64,000 nt of DNA from Lysobacterales bacterium (GCA_022844165.1 JALHMH010000002.1:160001-224000), one strand, 5' to 3'. Counted from the first letter of the stretch, positions 31,905-44,315 are shown. The notes: generated from the sequence alone by a model not told the origin. A program made the numbers and translations.

Positions 31905-32066
31905 GAGTGCGGATCAACGCGGTGGCCGGCAGATTCCAAACGACAAAGCCGACCGATCGGACGGCGAAGTATAGGAAACCTCGCGCCAGCCGCTTGTCGA
32001 CGCTCTGTGCACCCGTGTCGTCGGCACGGCGTATTCTTCGCCTATCAAAGCCGAGGAGGGCTCACG

Positions 32067-32957
32067 ATGGACCAACCGCGCCGCGTCGAACATCAGATGA
32101 CGGACAAGGGATATGTGCCGGTATACACCAGCGCGATCGTCGAGCAACCATGGTCCAGCTATAGCAGCGTCGAACACCAGACCTGGGCGACACTATTTAC
32201 GCGACAAATGGCACTGCTGCCCGGCCGCGCCTGCGACGAGTTCTTCGATGGGATGCGCGATTTGGGCATGAGCGAACGTGCCATCCCGAAGTTCAGTGAC
32301 ATCAACCAGATCCTGTTGGCGAAGACCGGCTGGACCATCATCGGCGTCGAAGGACTGTTGCCAGAAGTCGACTTCTTCACTCACCTGGCGAACCGGCGTT
32401 TTCCAGTCACCTGGTGGATCCGCAAACCGGAGCAAATCGACTACATCAGTGAGCCCGATCTTTTCCACGATTTGTTCGGGCATGTGCCATTGCTGATGTT
32501 GCCGATCTTCGCCGACTACATGCAGGCCTACGGCGAAGGTGGCTTGAAAGCGGCGCGGTACGGGAACGAACCGCTGACCGAATTGACGCGGCTTTATTGG
32601 TACACGGTCGAGTTCGGTTTGTTGAACACCGCAAACGGGCTGCGCATCTATGGTTCGGGCATCGTGTCGAGCAAGAGCGAGAGTTTGTACAGTCTGGAAA
32701 GCGCGGCACCCAATCGCATTGGATTCGATCTGAAACGGGTCATGTGCACGCGTTACCGCATCGATACCTTCCAAAAGACGTACTTCGTCATCGACAGCTT
32801 CGAGCAACTATTCCGCGCGACGGTGGACCCTGACTTCGGGCCGATTTATTACGAGCTGAAGGGTTCACCGGCCTTTGCGGCTGGAGAGGTGCGCGACAAC
32901 GATCGAGTGTTCCAGCGTGGCAGTGGCGAGGGTTGGTTGCAGGATGGAGACGTCTGA
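32067..32957 (+). CDS. phhA: Phenylalanine 4-monooxygenase
   Basis: GAGGAGG RBS; EPDLFHDLFGHVP, YWYTVEFGL, IYGSGIVSS. Confidence 0.95.
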   Translation: MDQPRRVEHQMTDKGYVPVYTSAIVEQPWSSYSSVEHQTWATLFTRQMALLPGRACDEFFDGMRDLGMSERAIPKFSDINQILLAKTGWTIIGVEGLLPEVDFFTHLANRRFPVTWWIRKPEQIDYISEPDLFHDLFGHVPLLMLPIFADYMQAYGEGGLKAARYGNEPLTELTRLYWYTVEFGLLNTANGLRIYGSGIVSSKSESLYSLESAAPNRIGFDLKRVMCTRYRIDTFQKTYFVIDSFEQLFRATVDPDFGPIYYELKGSPAFAAGEVRDNDRVFQRGSGEGWLQDGDV

Positions 32958-33163
32958 ACCGCAATTTGCGAGGCTGGCGCCAGATTCCGCCTCCGTCTGG
33001 GACGCTAGGCGCACAATCTGGCACAACAACAAAGCGCCAGAGTTTCGCTACACTTCGCGCAGCAACGATCATGGCTGACTGCTAATCGAACCCTCCCCGA
33101 ACATCGGCGAGGGGGCAACATCCAAATCGAGATACTTTCACAACAACGCTTGGAGAAACGCAT

Positions 33164-33301
33164 ATGAAGACGCTTGCGCGCATTTCCTGGTTGCTTCTGG
33201 TCCTCATCGCCGCCGTCAGTTTGTCCGCCTGTAACACGGTGCAGGGCATGGGCAAGGACATCAAGAAAGCCGGCGAAAAAATTGAAGAGACGGCGGACTA
33301 G
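33164..33301 (+). CDS. Entericidin A/B-family lipoprotein (45 aa, not in the ORF track)
   Basis: GGAG RBS; MKTLARISWLLLVLIAAVSLSACNTVQGMGKDIKKAGEKIEETAD; lipobox LSAC and CNT..G.GKD signature. Confidence 0.9.
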   Translation: MKTLARISWLLLVLIAAVSLSACNTVQGMGKDIKKAGEKIEETAD

Positions 33302-33359
33302 ATTCAAGTACGGTGTCTGGCGAAGCCAACAATGCTCGGCGGTCTGAGGCGAAGCCTCG

Positions 33360-34304
33360 CTAATCTCTGGGCATCGCATCGGACGATGCGGCGCGGTGAA
33401 GGCGATCGCGGATCGCCAACCACTCGGGGTCGTCCGGTGGCGTTTCAATCAGGATGCGCGAGCGACCCATTCCATCGAGCGTGCGCAGGCTGGCGTAGAG
33501 TGCTTTCGCGTAAGCCGTAGCGTCGCGCGGCAACGCGATGCCAGTCGCACCTTCTGGCAAAGGTTCCAGCGCCAATACGGCAGCGTCGCCGCCCAGCTGC
33601 TCGCGGGGCACCAGAAACGTAGCTGTGTACGGTGCGTAGTGCGAGGCCAGCCGCCCGCTGGACCGCGGACCTTCATCGTCACGCCGAGGCACCAGCACCG
33701 GTCCGATCACGGCTTCCAGCTGCGCTTTGGTGATCGCGCCGGGTCGCAGCAGTCGCGGTTGAGTGCCGCTCAAATCGACGATCGTCGATTCCAAGCCCAC
33801 TTCACTGTCGCCGCCATCCAGAATCACTGCGATACCGGCAGGAAATTCCTCGCGCACATGCGCCGCGTTCGTCGGGCTGATGTGCCCGAACCGATTCGCC
33901 GATGGCGCCGCCAAACCGCCGCCGAAAGCGCCTAGCACGCTCTGGGCGACGGGGTGCCGTGGTACGCGCAAACCAATCGTGTCCTGGCCGCCCGTGACCA
34001 CGGGGTCGACGTTTGGCGCGCGTTTCAATACCAGCGTCATTGGTCCAGGCCAACACGCGGCGGCCAGGGCGTGAGCCGCCGGCGGAATATCGATTGCCCA
34101 ATCATGCAACATCAAGGCGGATGCCAGATGGACAATGACTGGATGATCGACCGGGCGACCTTTGAGCGCAAAAATTCGCCGCACAGCTTCCGGATTGCGG
34201 GCATCGGCGGCAAGGCCGTACACCGTTTCGGTGGGCATAGCGACCAGCTCGCCACGATGCAGCGCATTCACCGCAGCACGCTGTTCGGCGTTGAGTTGCT
34301 CCAT
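33360..34304 (-). CDS. sua5: L-threonylcarbamoyladenylate synthase (Sua5 type)
   Basis: PTETVYGL, KGRP..HP, APSAN, ESTIVD, SHYAP linker and Sua5 C-terminal domain. Confidence 0.93.
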   Translation of the reverse strand: MEQLNAEQRAAVNALHRGELVAMPTETVYGLAADARNPEAVRRIFALKGRPVDHPVIVHLASALMLHDWAIDIPPAAHALAAACWPGPMTLVLKRAPNVDPVVTGGQDTIGLRVPRHPVAQSVLGAFGGGLAAPSANRFGHISPTNAAHVREEFPAGIAVILDGGDSEVGLESTIVDLSGTQPRLLRPGAITKAQLEAVIGPVLVPRRDDEGPRSSGRLASHYAPYTATFLVPREQLGGDAAVLALEPLPEGATGIALPRDATAYAKALYASLRTLDGMGRSRILIETPPDDPEWLAIRDRLHRAASSDAMPRD

Positions 34305-34537
34305 CGCAGCTGGCCTTGAGTGAAAGTGATCGGAACAACAAAGAGAATAAACCGCGCACGCCAAGCTGTCTCTTGGACGGCTGCGACGGCGGATGTGCCT
34401 TAGCGATTCGCCAGTACCGCGCGCCGTGCGATTCAAACAGAATCAAGGTCAACCCAGGGAGATCCGAAGGCATTCTGCGCCAAGTCCGGCGCGGAACTGA
34501 CCAAGGCGACCAGCGACGTGCCGGGTGGATTGCCCGG

Positions 34538-35394
34538 CTACTGCCCGCCCGGCACCGATGGCCGAAACAGCAGTTCGACTTCAATCGCATCGAAGCGATA
34601 AATCTTGCCGCAGAACTCGCAAGTGATCTCGGCGCCGCCCGATTCGCGCGCGGTGGCGATGGCTTCGTCGTGACCCAGCCGGCGCAGTACATCGCCGACT
34701 TTTTCGCGCGAACAGCGGCAGCGGATGTGCAGCGGCAACGGCGTGCGATCGAAGCGCTCTTCTTGATGGAACAAACGATGCAGCAGTTGCTCGCTTGAGA
34801 TCGAAAGCAGCTCTTTCGGGTCGACGGTCGACACGAGGTGCTCGCAGCGGTTCCAGCCGTCGCTGTCGACGGCGCCGATGCCACCCAGAATCGGCAGCTT
34901 CTGGATCAGGAGCCCCGCGGTGCTCAAATCGTCGGCGCAGAGCAGCAGGCGTGTCGGTAGCTGCTCGGAGCGCAGAAAGTAGTTCTCGAAGCACTCAGCG
35001 AGGGTTGCGCCCTGCAGTTCAACAATGCCTTGATACCGCTCGCCTTGAAAGGGCTCCAGCGTGACCACCATCACCGCGCCGCGGGTGGCGGCCTCGAACT
35101 CTTGCGGCGCCGCATCCTCGACGACCCGCGCAATGCCCCGGCAGTCGCCGTTGCTGCTGCACTCGGCGTACAACAGCGCCAGCTCTGCGCCGCCCTGCAA
35201 TTGCACCGAAAGTCGGCCCTGAAATTTGAGACCTGTGATCAACAGCGCGGCAGCGCATAGAGCCTCACCCAGCCAGCCGCGAACGCTCGGTGGATAGGGC
35301 TGGTGGCTGACGATTTCCCTGAAACCATCGGTCAAACGCACCGCCGCGCCGCGCACGTTCAAGCGCGGCAGCGCGAAGGCGTGCAGCAGATCGC

Positions 35395-35398
<4 letters not shown>
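34538..35398 (-). CDS. hslO: Hsp33 redox chaperone
   Basis: YQGIV, YFLRSEQLPT, CRCS...CEFC zinc motif. Confidence 0.95.
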
Positions 35399-37212
<1,814 letters not shown>

Positions 37213-37433
37213 GGGTTTTTCTGGCGGCACAATTGCGCGCGCCGCTCCGGGCAAAAAAGGCCGCGGAGTATAGGCACAGCGATTTGGAGCAAATGCGTGC
37301 GCTGATGTGACGGGACAGGCGGGGTTTAGGCGTCGCGCACGTCGCAGCGGGTACGTGGACGTCCGCTTTGCCGAGTGAGGGCCACCATCGCGCATGTCCG
37401 TTCTCCCGCCGGCTGGACCGTCCTGAGGTCCAA

Positions 37434-37554
37434 TGGGAACAGCTCGAAGCGTCGCGCTATGGCGCAACCCACGCGCGGCTCAGCATCGCCCGACGTCACC
37501 CGAGCGGTTGGTCATTGTGGGTCGCGCTACAGCGCGACGCTGTTTGCTGTTCCC
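37434..37554. repeat. Inverted REP-like doublet forming a long hairpin
   Basis: 37449-37472 (reverse complement GTGGGTTGCGCCATAGCGCGACGC) and 37517-37540 (GTGGGTCGCGCTACAGCGCGACGC); flanks TGGGAACAGC/GCTGTTCCCA also pair. Confidence 0.7.
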
Positions 37555-37609
37555 AGTGGTTTGCCGAACGCTGGCGGGGGATTCGCGGGTGTTCCGCAGC
37601 CGGCGCCAG

Positions 37610-38254
37610 TCAACCCGGCCCATCCGAACGCGGCGCAGCACGCGACATCAGCGCCAGCGGATGACCGTCGAGGTCTTTGAAAAACGCCATCCACTCTTCG
37701 ATGCCATCGGCATGTTTATGGATCATGTGCGGCGCGCTTGCGAACTCGACACCGCGAGATTGCAGAACTCGGTGGGCGGAGTGAATGTCCGGAACCGCGA
37801 AGTACAGGATCGAATGCGCTTCGCCGCCATCGCCCTCTGACAGAAAAAGACGCACACCGTTGCAATCGAAAAATGCCAGTTTGCCGAACGAAAAAAGATG
37901 CGGCAATCCCAGCACATCCCCATACCAGCGCCGCGCTGCCGCGGCATCTTTCACCGTTCGGGCAATCTGCCCGATGGCGCCGAGTTTGAGATCCATTTCG
38001 ATACTCTCCTTGACCGGGCCGAGTGCGCTGGCTCTCGCAACGCCAGTCCATTGCCTGAGTTCCATCCGGCTTTTCAGGCCGAGTTTATGCAGCGCATTGC
38101 CCACGTGATACTTCACCGCATCGATACCCACACCCTGTCTGCTTGCGATCTGTGGGTTGCTCAATCCATGCCGCACTGCTTCGACGACCTTCCATTCGGA
38201 CGGCGTCAACTGATCCTGAAACGGTGGTCGCCCTCGCAAGTGTGTGCGTTTCAT
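37610..38254 (-). CDS. LuxR-type HTH fused to a VOC/glyoxalase domain
   Basis: LTPSEWKV..GLSNPQIA..VKYHVGNALHKLG; then IGQIARTV..WYGDVLGL..MAFFKDLDGHPLALM. Confidence 0.85.
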   Translation of the reverse strand: MKRTHLRGRPPFQDQLTPSEWKVVEAVRHGLSNPQIASRQGVGIDAVKYHVGNALHKLGLKSRMELRQWTGVARASALGPVKESIEMDLKLGAIGQIARTVKDAAAARRWYGDVLGLPHLFSFGKLAFFDCNGVRLFLSEGDGGEAHSILYFAVPDIHSAHRVLQSRGVEFASAPHMIHKHADGIEEWMAFFKDLDGHPLALMSRAAPRSDGPG

Positions 38255-38345
38255 AGGCAGACATTAACGATGCTTCGCCTCAGACCGACGAGTATTGCTG
38301 GCTTCGTTCGACAGCGTACTCGCCACAACCCCGCGCTTCGCATTT

Positions 38346-38415
38346 CCGGCCCGGCGGCAAAGCCGCCGGTCGTTCGGATCGGCATACGCCTATCGGCGTG
38401 TAAGCGCCGGTCCTC
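38346..38415. repeat. Two-hairpin intergenic repeat, copy 3
   Basis: CCGGCCCGGCGGCAAAGCCGCCGGTCGTTC + GGATCGGC-ATACGCC-loop-GGCGTGT-AAGC-GCCGGTCC + TC. Confidence 0.75.
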
Positions 38416-38780
38416 GCCCCCCTTGCTAAAGGGGGCTTCAACAACCCAAGCCGCTTCATAGAAAAATTGACTCATTTGTCAAGATCAGTCTCCGTCAAGA
38501 ACATTAGCCCAACTCACGGCGATTTTCCCTACCCGGTCCGGCGCCGGGCAGGCAACGCATACCCATGCCATCACCCAAGGTGTTGAGCGCTTCCCAGGCG
38601 GTTGCGTCATACTCGCCGCTGCACCCGTCACAGGCACTGGCCGATCGCCGTTGGCGAAGCGCCCATGCCCAACTCGCTGAGCCGGGGCGCGCGGAGAACC
38701 ATGCGCTGGTGTCCGTCGCTTGCAAAGTGGGCGTTGGAAAGCCAGTGTCTCGGAAAATTTCTTATGGCCAACCCGCAAGA

Positions 38781-40010
38781 ATGATCACCATCGCAATTCC
38801 CGCGCGCATGAAGGCGACGCGACTGCCCAACAAACCGCTGCTCGACATTATCGGTCGACCGCTGATCGCCCATGTTATTGACTGCGCACGTCGATTCGAA
38901 GCCGCTGAAATCGTCGTCGCTACGGACGATCTGCGAATCGCCGAGGTCGCCGAGCGCGAAGGTGTGGTCGCCATCCTCACGCGCGAGGATCATCCAACCG
39001 GCAGCGACCGGCTCGCCGAAGTGGCAGATCGCCTGGAGTGGCCGGATACGCAGATCGTCGTGAATCTGCAGGGCGATGAGCCGCTGATGCCGCAGAGTTG
39101 TTTGCGCGCCGTCGTCGATGCACTACGGGGGGACGCTGGGGCGGCCGCCGCAACGCTGGCGATGCGGATCGACAACATCGCCGAAGCGCTCGATCCGAAT
39201 GCCGTCAAAGTGGTGAGCGATCACCAAGGCCGCGCGCTGTACTTCTCGCGCGCGCCGATCCCGTGGCCACGAGACGCCTGGCACACAGCGCAGCGCGAGT
39301 TGCCCGCGGGCGCGCCGATGCGTCGCCATCTGGGTTTGTATGCATACCGCGCCGGCACGCTGCGGCGCTTCGCCGCACTGCCACCTGCGCCGCTGGAGAC
39401 GATCGAGTCGCTGGAACAACTGCGCCTGCTGCATCACGGCTACAAGATCGCCGTACGCGATACGCCGGAGGCGATTCCACCCGGTGTCGATACCCCTGAA
39501 GATCTGGCACGCGTGCGCGCCCACTTTATCGGCGAACAACAGCAGCAAGTCCAACACCGCTGGTTGTTCATGTGTCTGGGCAACATCTGCCGCTCGCCGC
39601 TGGCCGCCGCCTATGCGCGCAAATGCGCAGCCGAGCACGGACTGCGCGTACACATCGAGTCGGCCGGAACCTTGAGCTCGCACGCTGGCGAGCGCGCCGA
39701 TGGCGGCGCGCGCGAGTTGGCGGCCATCGAAGGCGTCGATGTCTCCCAGCACCGCGCCCGGCAAGTTAAAGTCGAAGACTTCGAGCGCTTCGATCAGATT
39801 CTCGCGATGGATGAGCGCAACCTGGCCGACCTGAGCAAGCTCTGCCCACCGCAATACCTGCACAAAGTGCGACTGCTGCTCGACTATGCCCCACATATTG
39901 GTCGCCGCACTGTGCCTGATCCGTACGGTCAGACCCTGAGTGGTTTCCAGAGGTCCTACGAGTTGATTGTCGCTGGCGTTGATGGACTGGTAATGTCGGC
40001 AATGAAATAG
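38781..40010 (+). CDS. kdsB: CMP-Kdo synthetase KdsB fused to a low-molecular-weight protein phosphatase
   Basis: IPAR..TRLPNKPL, NLQGDEP, LYFSRAPIP, ESLEQLR, GVDTPEDL; then in frame CLGNICRS and DPY. Confidence 0.92.
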   Translation: MITIAIPARMKATRLPNKPLLDIIGRPLIAHVIDCARRFEAAEIVVATDDLRIAEVAEREGVVAILTREDHPTGSDRLAEVADRLEWPDTQIVVNLQGDEPLMPQSCLRAVVDALRGDAGAAAATLAMRIDNIAEALDPNAVKVVSDHQGRALYFSRAPIPWPRDAWHTAQRELPAGAPMRRHLGLYAYRAGTLRRFAALPPAPLETIESLEQLRLLHHGYKIAVRDTPEAIPPGVDTPEDLARVRAHFIGEQQQQVQHRWLFMCLGNICRSPLAAAYARKCAAEHGLRVHIESAGTLSSHAGERADGGARELAAIEGVDVSQHRARQVKVEDFERFDQILAMDERNLADLSKLCPPQYLHKVRLLLDYAPHIGRRTVPDPYGQTLSGFQRSYELIVAGVDGLVMSAMK

Positions 40011-40170
40011 GCGAAGGCTTGACCGTCAACTTTTCGGCCCAGGTGTGCCCGAAAACGATGGATCGAGACCTGGCTTGTTCAACCCGCGGCGGCGGCCTGA
40101 CACGGCGTTGGGCGTCGGAAGCCGGGATCGGCGGGTGCCAGGATTTTTGCATGATTGGACAGGATGACAA

Positions 40171-40575
40171 ATGGGCAGCACTATCTGGCTTCTTTCAGAG
40201 AGCAAGTTGGAGGAAGGCGACTCGTGGGACCATTCTGCGATGTACGAAACACTGGATCAGCTTGATCAGCTATGCGCGTCGCTCGGCGTGCCTTCCATTT
40301 CATCGTTCGTGGGCATTCCCGACAAGGATGGAAATCTGACGTGGAAGGCAGTTCGAAAAAAGACGCGTTGGTTTGATGCGAGTGCGGCGGTCCAGACGTT
40401 CGAAACGCTACGCTCGCACATCTTCAAGAATCCCGAAGCGGTTTCAGTCCCGAGGAAGAATTTTGGGAACACCAATTTCAGAGAACTCCTACTTGAGGAA
40501 CTCGAAGATTGTCTGAATAAAGTGACTAAGTTTGCGGAAGAAGGCGATCCGTTTCATGTAAGTTTTGTCTCATAA
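40171..40575 (+). CDS. Hypothetical protein (134 aa, AT-richer than flanks)
   Basis: AGGA RBS; globular-looking acidic sequence; no family recognised. Confidence 0.75.
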   Translation: MGSTIWLLSESKLEEGDSWDHSAMYETLDQLDQLCASLGVPSISSFVGIPDKDGNLTWKAVRKKTRWFDASAAVQTFETLRSHIFKNPEAVSVPRKNFGNTNFRELLLEELEDCLNKVTKFAEEGDPFHVSFVS

Positions 40576-40731
40576 CTTTTCTATCCTCGCGTCCGCACGA
40601 CCGCTCTCCATGCGGCCCCCGCTTCGCAACCCACGCCATTGCACCACCCTCCGAAATAGTGCGCTGGCGGGCAATCCAGGGTGGGAATGCACACGGAAAC
40701 CCGGAAGAGCAGGGCAACGGAAAGTCTGGAA

Positions 40732-41730
40732 ATGCCTGAAGAATCAACCACAACCGCGCCAAATCAACCTTGGCGTCTTTGCGTGGCCCCCATGATGGAG
40801 TGGACGGATCGGCACTGCCGTTATTTCCATCGGCTGCTGGCGCCGCGGGCGCGGTTGTATAGCGAGATGGTGGTGGCGCAGGCGGCAATTTTTGGGGATC
40901 GACGGCGGCTGCTGGGATTCGATACGGCCGAACACCCGGTCGCGCTGCAGTTGGGCGGATCGGATCCGGCGCTGCTGGCTCAGGCGGCGCGCATTGGCGC
41001 GGAGTTTGGGTACGACGAGATCAATTTGAATTGCGGTTGCCCAAGCGATCGTGTGCAAGCGGGGCGCTTTGGCGCATGCCTGATGACCGAGCCGATGCTG
41101 GTGGCGGATTGCGTGGCGGCGATGCGCGCGGTGGTGGCGCTGCCGGTGACGGTCAAATGTCGGCTCGGCGTGGATGATTTCGATGACGAGCCGTTTTTTC
41201 GCGCATTCGTCGACACCGTTGCAAGCGCTGGCTGCAAAGTGTTTGTCGTGCACGCACGCAAGGCCTGGCTAAAGGGGCTGTCGCCCAAGGAGAACCGGGA
41301 AATTCCGCCGCTCGATTACGCCCGGGTCTTTGCGCTGAAGCGCGATCGACCCGAGCTGACGGTGGTCTTGAATGGTGGGCTGATGGATCAGGCGGCGATT
41401 GACGCGGTGTTGGCGCAGGTCGATGGGGTAATGCTCGGGCGGCTTGCCTATCACGATCCGTACGCACTGGCGCGAATCCATGGCGAGTTGTTCGACACTC
41501 CGGTGCCGTCCCGTGAGGCCGTGCTGGCCGCGTTGCGGCCGTACATTGATGCGCACCTTGGCGGTGGCGGCGAACTCAAACACATCGCGCGGCATATTCT
41601 GGGTTTGTACCAAGGTCAGCCTGGCGCCCGACAGTTTCGCCGCGAGTTGTCGAGCGCGCGGCCGGGTAGCGGTTTGCGTGGCTGGGATCGAGCGCTCGCC
41701 GCGGTCGAGCACTGGCGGGCGGCGGCATGA
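40732..41730 (+). CDS. dusA: tRNA-dihydrouridine synthase A
   Basis: [48 protein letters not shown]. Start position uncertain. Confidence 0.96.
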   Translation: MPEESTTTAPNQPWRLCVAPMMEWTDRHCRYFHRLLAPRARLYSEMVVAQAAIFGDRRRLLGFDTAEHPVALQLGGSDPALLAQAARIGAEFGYDEINLNCGCPSDRVQAGRFGACLMTEPMLVADCVAAMRAVVALPVTVKCRLGVDDFDDEPFFRAFVDTVASAGCKVFVVHARKAWLKGLSPKENREIPPLDYARVFALKRDRPELTVVLNGGLMDQAAIDAVLAQVDGVMLGRLAYHDPYALARIHGELFDTPVPSREAVLAALRPYIDAHLGGGGELKHIARHILGLYQGQPGARQFRRELSSARPGSGLRGWDRALAAVEHWRAAA

Positions 41731-42164
41731 TTGGGCTGATCCAGCGTGTCAGTCGCGCCGATGTGGTGGTCGAAGGCGAGACGATTGGGGCCGTCAATCG
41801 CGGTGTTCTGGCGCTGATCGCAGTGGAGCGCGGCGACACGCCGGCGCTGGCGGAACGTCTGGTCGAACGGATCTTGAGCTACCGGATCTTCGAGGACGAG
41901 GCGGGCAAGATGAATCGCTCGCTGCTCGACATCGGCGGCGAACTGCTGATGGTCTCGCAATTCACCCTGGCGGCCGATACCAACAGCGGCACGCGCGCCA
42001 GTTTCACCCCCGCCGCGCCACCCGAATTGGGGCGCGCGTTGTTCGATCACGCCGTCATGGCGGCCGGGCGTCGTGTGCCCGTGGCCACCGGGCGTTTTGG
42101 CGCGCATATGCAGGTGTCGCTATGCAATGACGGGCCGGTCACGTTTTGGTTGACAGCGCGATAG
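41727..42164 (+). CDS. dtd: D-aminoacyl-tRNA deacylase
   Basis: QRVS, SQFTL, NDGPVT. Confidence 0.96.
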   Translation: MIGLIQRVSRADVVVEGETIGAVNRGVLALIAVERGDTPALAERLVERILSYRIFEDEAGKMNRSLLDIGGELLMVSQFTLAADTNSGTRASFTPAAPPELGRALFDHAVMAAGRRVPVATGRFGAHMQVSLCNDGPVTFWLTAR

Positions 42165-42323
42165 TGTCATTTCGATTCTCTTGTCGGCGCCGCTGCTACG
42201 AATTAGGCCTTTCCTGGCGACTTCGTGAAATATCCCGGTGAACGCAGCAATCTATGGCGCACGCGCAGCAACGCGCGTTATCTTTCGCCCTCGCATCACA
42301 CACCGTCGGGGGAGATCCGCGCA

Positions 42324-44315
42324 ATGAGCTATTTCATCACTGGTGCAACGGGCTTCATCGGCCGTTTCCTGATCAGCAATCTGCTGAGGCGCAAGGGCAC
42401 GATTTATGTGCTGGTGCGGCGCGGATCCAAGGAGAAGTTCGAAGCGCTCAAAGATCGCTACCCGGAAGCCGGCGATCGACTGCAGGCAGTCACCGGCGAT
42501 TTGACCAAACCGTTGCTCGGTTTGAACGCCGAGGCGCAGGCTGCGCTCAAGGGCAAGATCAAGCATCTATTCCATCTGGCAGCGGTTTACGATCTGGCGG
42601 CGAGCGCTGAATCGCAGCAAGCGGCGAACATTGATGGCACCCGCAACGCAGTGCAGCTGGGCGAAGCCCTCCGTGTGGGGTGTTTCCACCATGTCAGCTC
42701 GATCGCAGCGGCCGGCCTTTACGGCGGCGTGTTCCGCGAAGATATGTTTGACGAAGCTGAAGGCCTGGATCACCCGTATTTCCGCACCAAGCACGATTCC
42801 GAAGGCATCGTGCGCAAAGAATGCAAGCGTCCCTGGCGCGTCTATCGCCCGGCGATTGTGGTGGGTCATTCCAAAACCGGCGAGATCGACAAGATCGACG
42901 GACCGTACTACTTCTTCACGCTGCTGAAAAAATTGCGCGAGACCCTGCCGCCGTGGATGCCGGTGCTGGGTTTCGAGGGCGGGCGCATCAACATCGTCCC
43001 GGTCGACTTTATCTGCGATGCGATGGATCACATTGCGCACGAGAAGGGATTGGATGGCCAGTGCTTCCACCTGACCGACCCGGCGCCGCGGCGTGTCGGT
43101 GAGGTGCTGAATCTGTTCGCAAATGCCGGGCACGCGCCAGAAATGACGATGCGTATCGACGCGCGCATGTTCCAGATCATTCCGAGTTCGATCCGCAACA
43201 TGGTCGGCGCACTGCCACCCGTACGGCGCATTACGCAGCATTTGTTCAAGTCATTGAACATTCCGCCCGACATGATGAAGTTCTTCAACTACCCGACGCG
43301 GTTCGATTGCCGCGAAACCGAGCGGGTGTTGCGCGGAACGGGCATCAAAGTGCCGGATCTCGCTGGCTACGCATGGCGACTTTGGGACTACTGGGAACGC
43401 CATCTTGATCCGGATCTATTTATCGATCGCACCCTGTCGAGCAAGGTCAAAGGCAGAGTGGTGCTGATCACCGGCGGTTCGAGTGGCATTGGTTTGGCCA
43501 GCGCACACAAACTCGCGGCCGCAGGCGCCAAAACGCTGATCTGTGCGCGTGGCGTGGAGGACCTGGAAAAAGCCAAAGCCGAGATCGAAGCCGCAACACC
43601 GGGCGCCGAGGTATTCGTCTATCAAGCCGATTTGGCAGACCTCGCCTCGGCGGATGCGCTGGTTGCCAAAGTGCTCGCTGAGCACGGACACGTCGACATT
43701 CTGGTGAACAATGCCGGCCGTTCGATTCGTCGTTCGATCGCGCTGTCCTACGATCGGTTCCACGACTTCGAGCGCACCATGCAGCTCAACTACTTCGGCT
43801 CGCTGCGCTTGATCATGGGTTTCTTGCCGAGCATGAGCGAGCGTAAGAAAGGCCACATCATCAATATCAGCTCGATCGGCGTACTCTCCAATGCGCCGCG
43901 CTTCTCGGCGTATGTCGCGAGCAAAGCCGCACTCGACGCGTTCAGCCGCTGCGCCGCGAGCGAGTTCTCGGATCGCAATATCCACTTTACGATCATCAAT
44001 ATGCCGCTGGTGCGCACGCCGATGATCGGGCCGACGAAGATGTACGACAACGTGCCGACATTGACGCCGGAAGACGCGGCCGACCTGATCGTGCGCGCGG
44101 TCATCGAGCGCCCGCAACGCATCGCCACACGCGTTGGCATCTTCGCGGAAATCTTGCACCTGCTGGCGCCGAAGGTTTATCAGGTGGTGCTCAACACCGC
44201 GTTCCAGCTATTCCCGGATTCCGCGGCTGCGAAGGGCGTCAAGCCTGGTCAGGAAGCGCCGCCGTCCAGCGAACAGGTGGCATTCGCTTCGATGATGCGC
44301 GGGATTCACTGGTAG
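42324..44315 (+). CDS. Two-domain SDR oxidoreductase (fatty acyl-CoA reductase-like)
   Basis: Two Rossmann motifs (TGATGFIG, TGGSSGIG), YFRTK, NNAGRSIRR..DRFHDFERTMQLNYFG, YVASK. Confidence 0.88.
   Translation: MSYFITGATGFIGRFLISNLLRRKGTIYVLVRRGSKEKFEALKDRYPEAGDRLQAVTGDLTKPLLGLNAEAQAALKGKIKHLFHLAAVYDLAASAESQQAANIDGTRNAVQLGEALRVGCFHHVSSIAAAGLYGGVFREDMFDEAEGLDHPYFRTKHDSEGIVRKECKRPWRVYRPAIVVGHSKTGEIDKIDGPYYFFTLLKKLRETLPPWMPVLGFEGGRINIVPVDFICDAMDHIAHEKGLDGQCFHLTDPAPRRVGEVLNLFANAGHAPEMTMRIDARMFQIIPSSIRNMVGALPPVRRITQHLFKSLNIPPDMMKFFNYPTRFDCRETERVLRGTGIKVPDLAGYAWRLWDYWERHLDPDLFIDRTLSSKVKGRVVLITGGSSGIGLASAHKLAAAGAKTLICARGVEDLEKAKAEIEAATPGAEVFVYQADLADLASADALVAKVLAEHGHVDILVNNAGRSIRRSIALSYDRFHDFERTMQLNYFGSLRLIMGFLPSMSERKKGHIINISSIGVLSNAPRFSAYVASKAALDAFSRCAASEFSDRNIHFTIINMPLVRTPMIGPTKMYDNVPTLTPEDAADLIVRAVIERPQRIATRVGIFAEILHLLAPKVYQVVLNTAFQLFPDSAAAKGVKPGQEAPPSSEQVAFASMMRGIHW

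Noticed and set aside
34470-34540. Possible SRP RNA (GTGCCGGG..CCCGGC resembles its 3' end)
   Set aside because: It lacks the conserved CAGG..GGAA..AGCAG domain; more likely a simple hairpin after hslO.
37213-37467. Apparent N-terminal extensions in the ORF track (TypA, TolB, KdsB, LspA, MFS, DUF2333)
   Set aside because: Family homology and RBSs begin at downstream starts; the extensions look non-coding or overlap neighbouring genes.
40077-40113. attC-like GTTCAAC...GTTGGGC before the orphan gene
   Set aside because: Only 37 bp, shorter than known attC sites; no partner site after the gene and no integron integrase.
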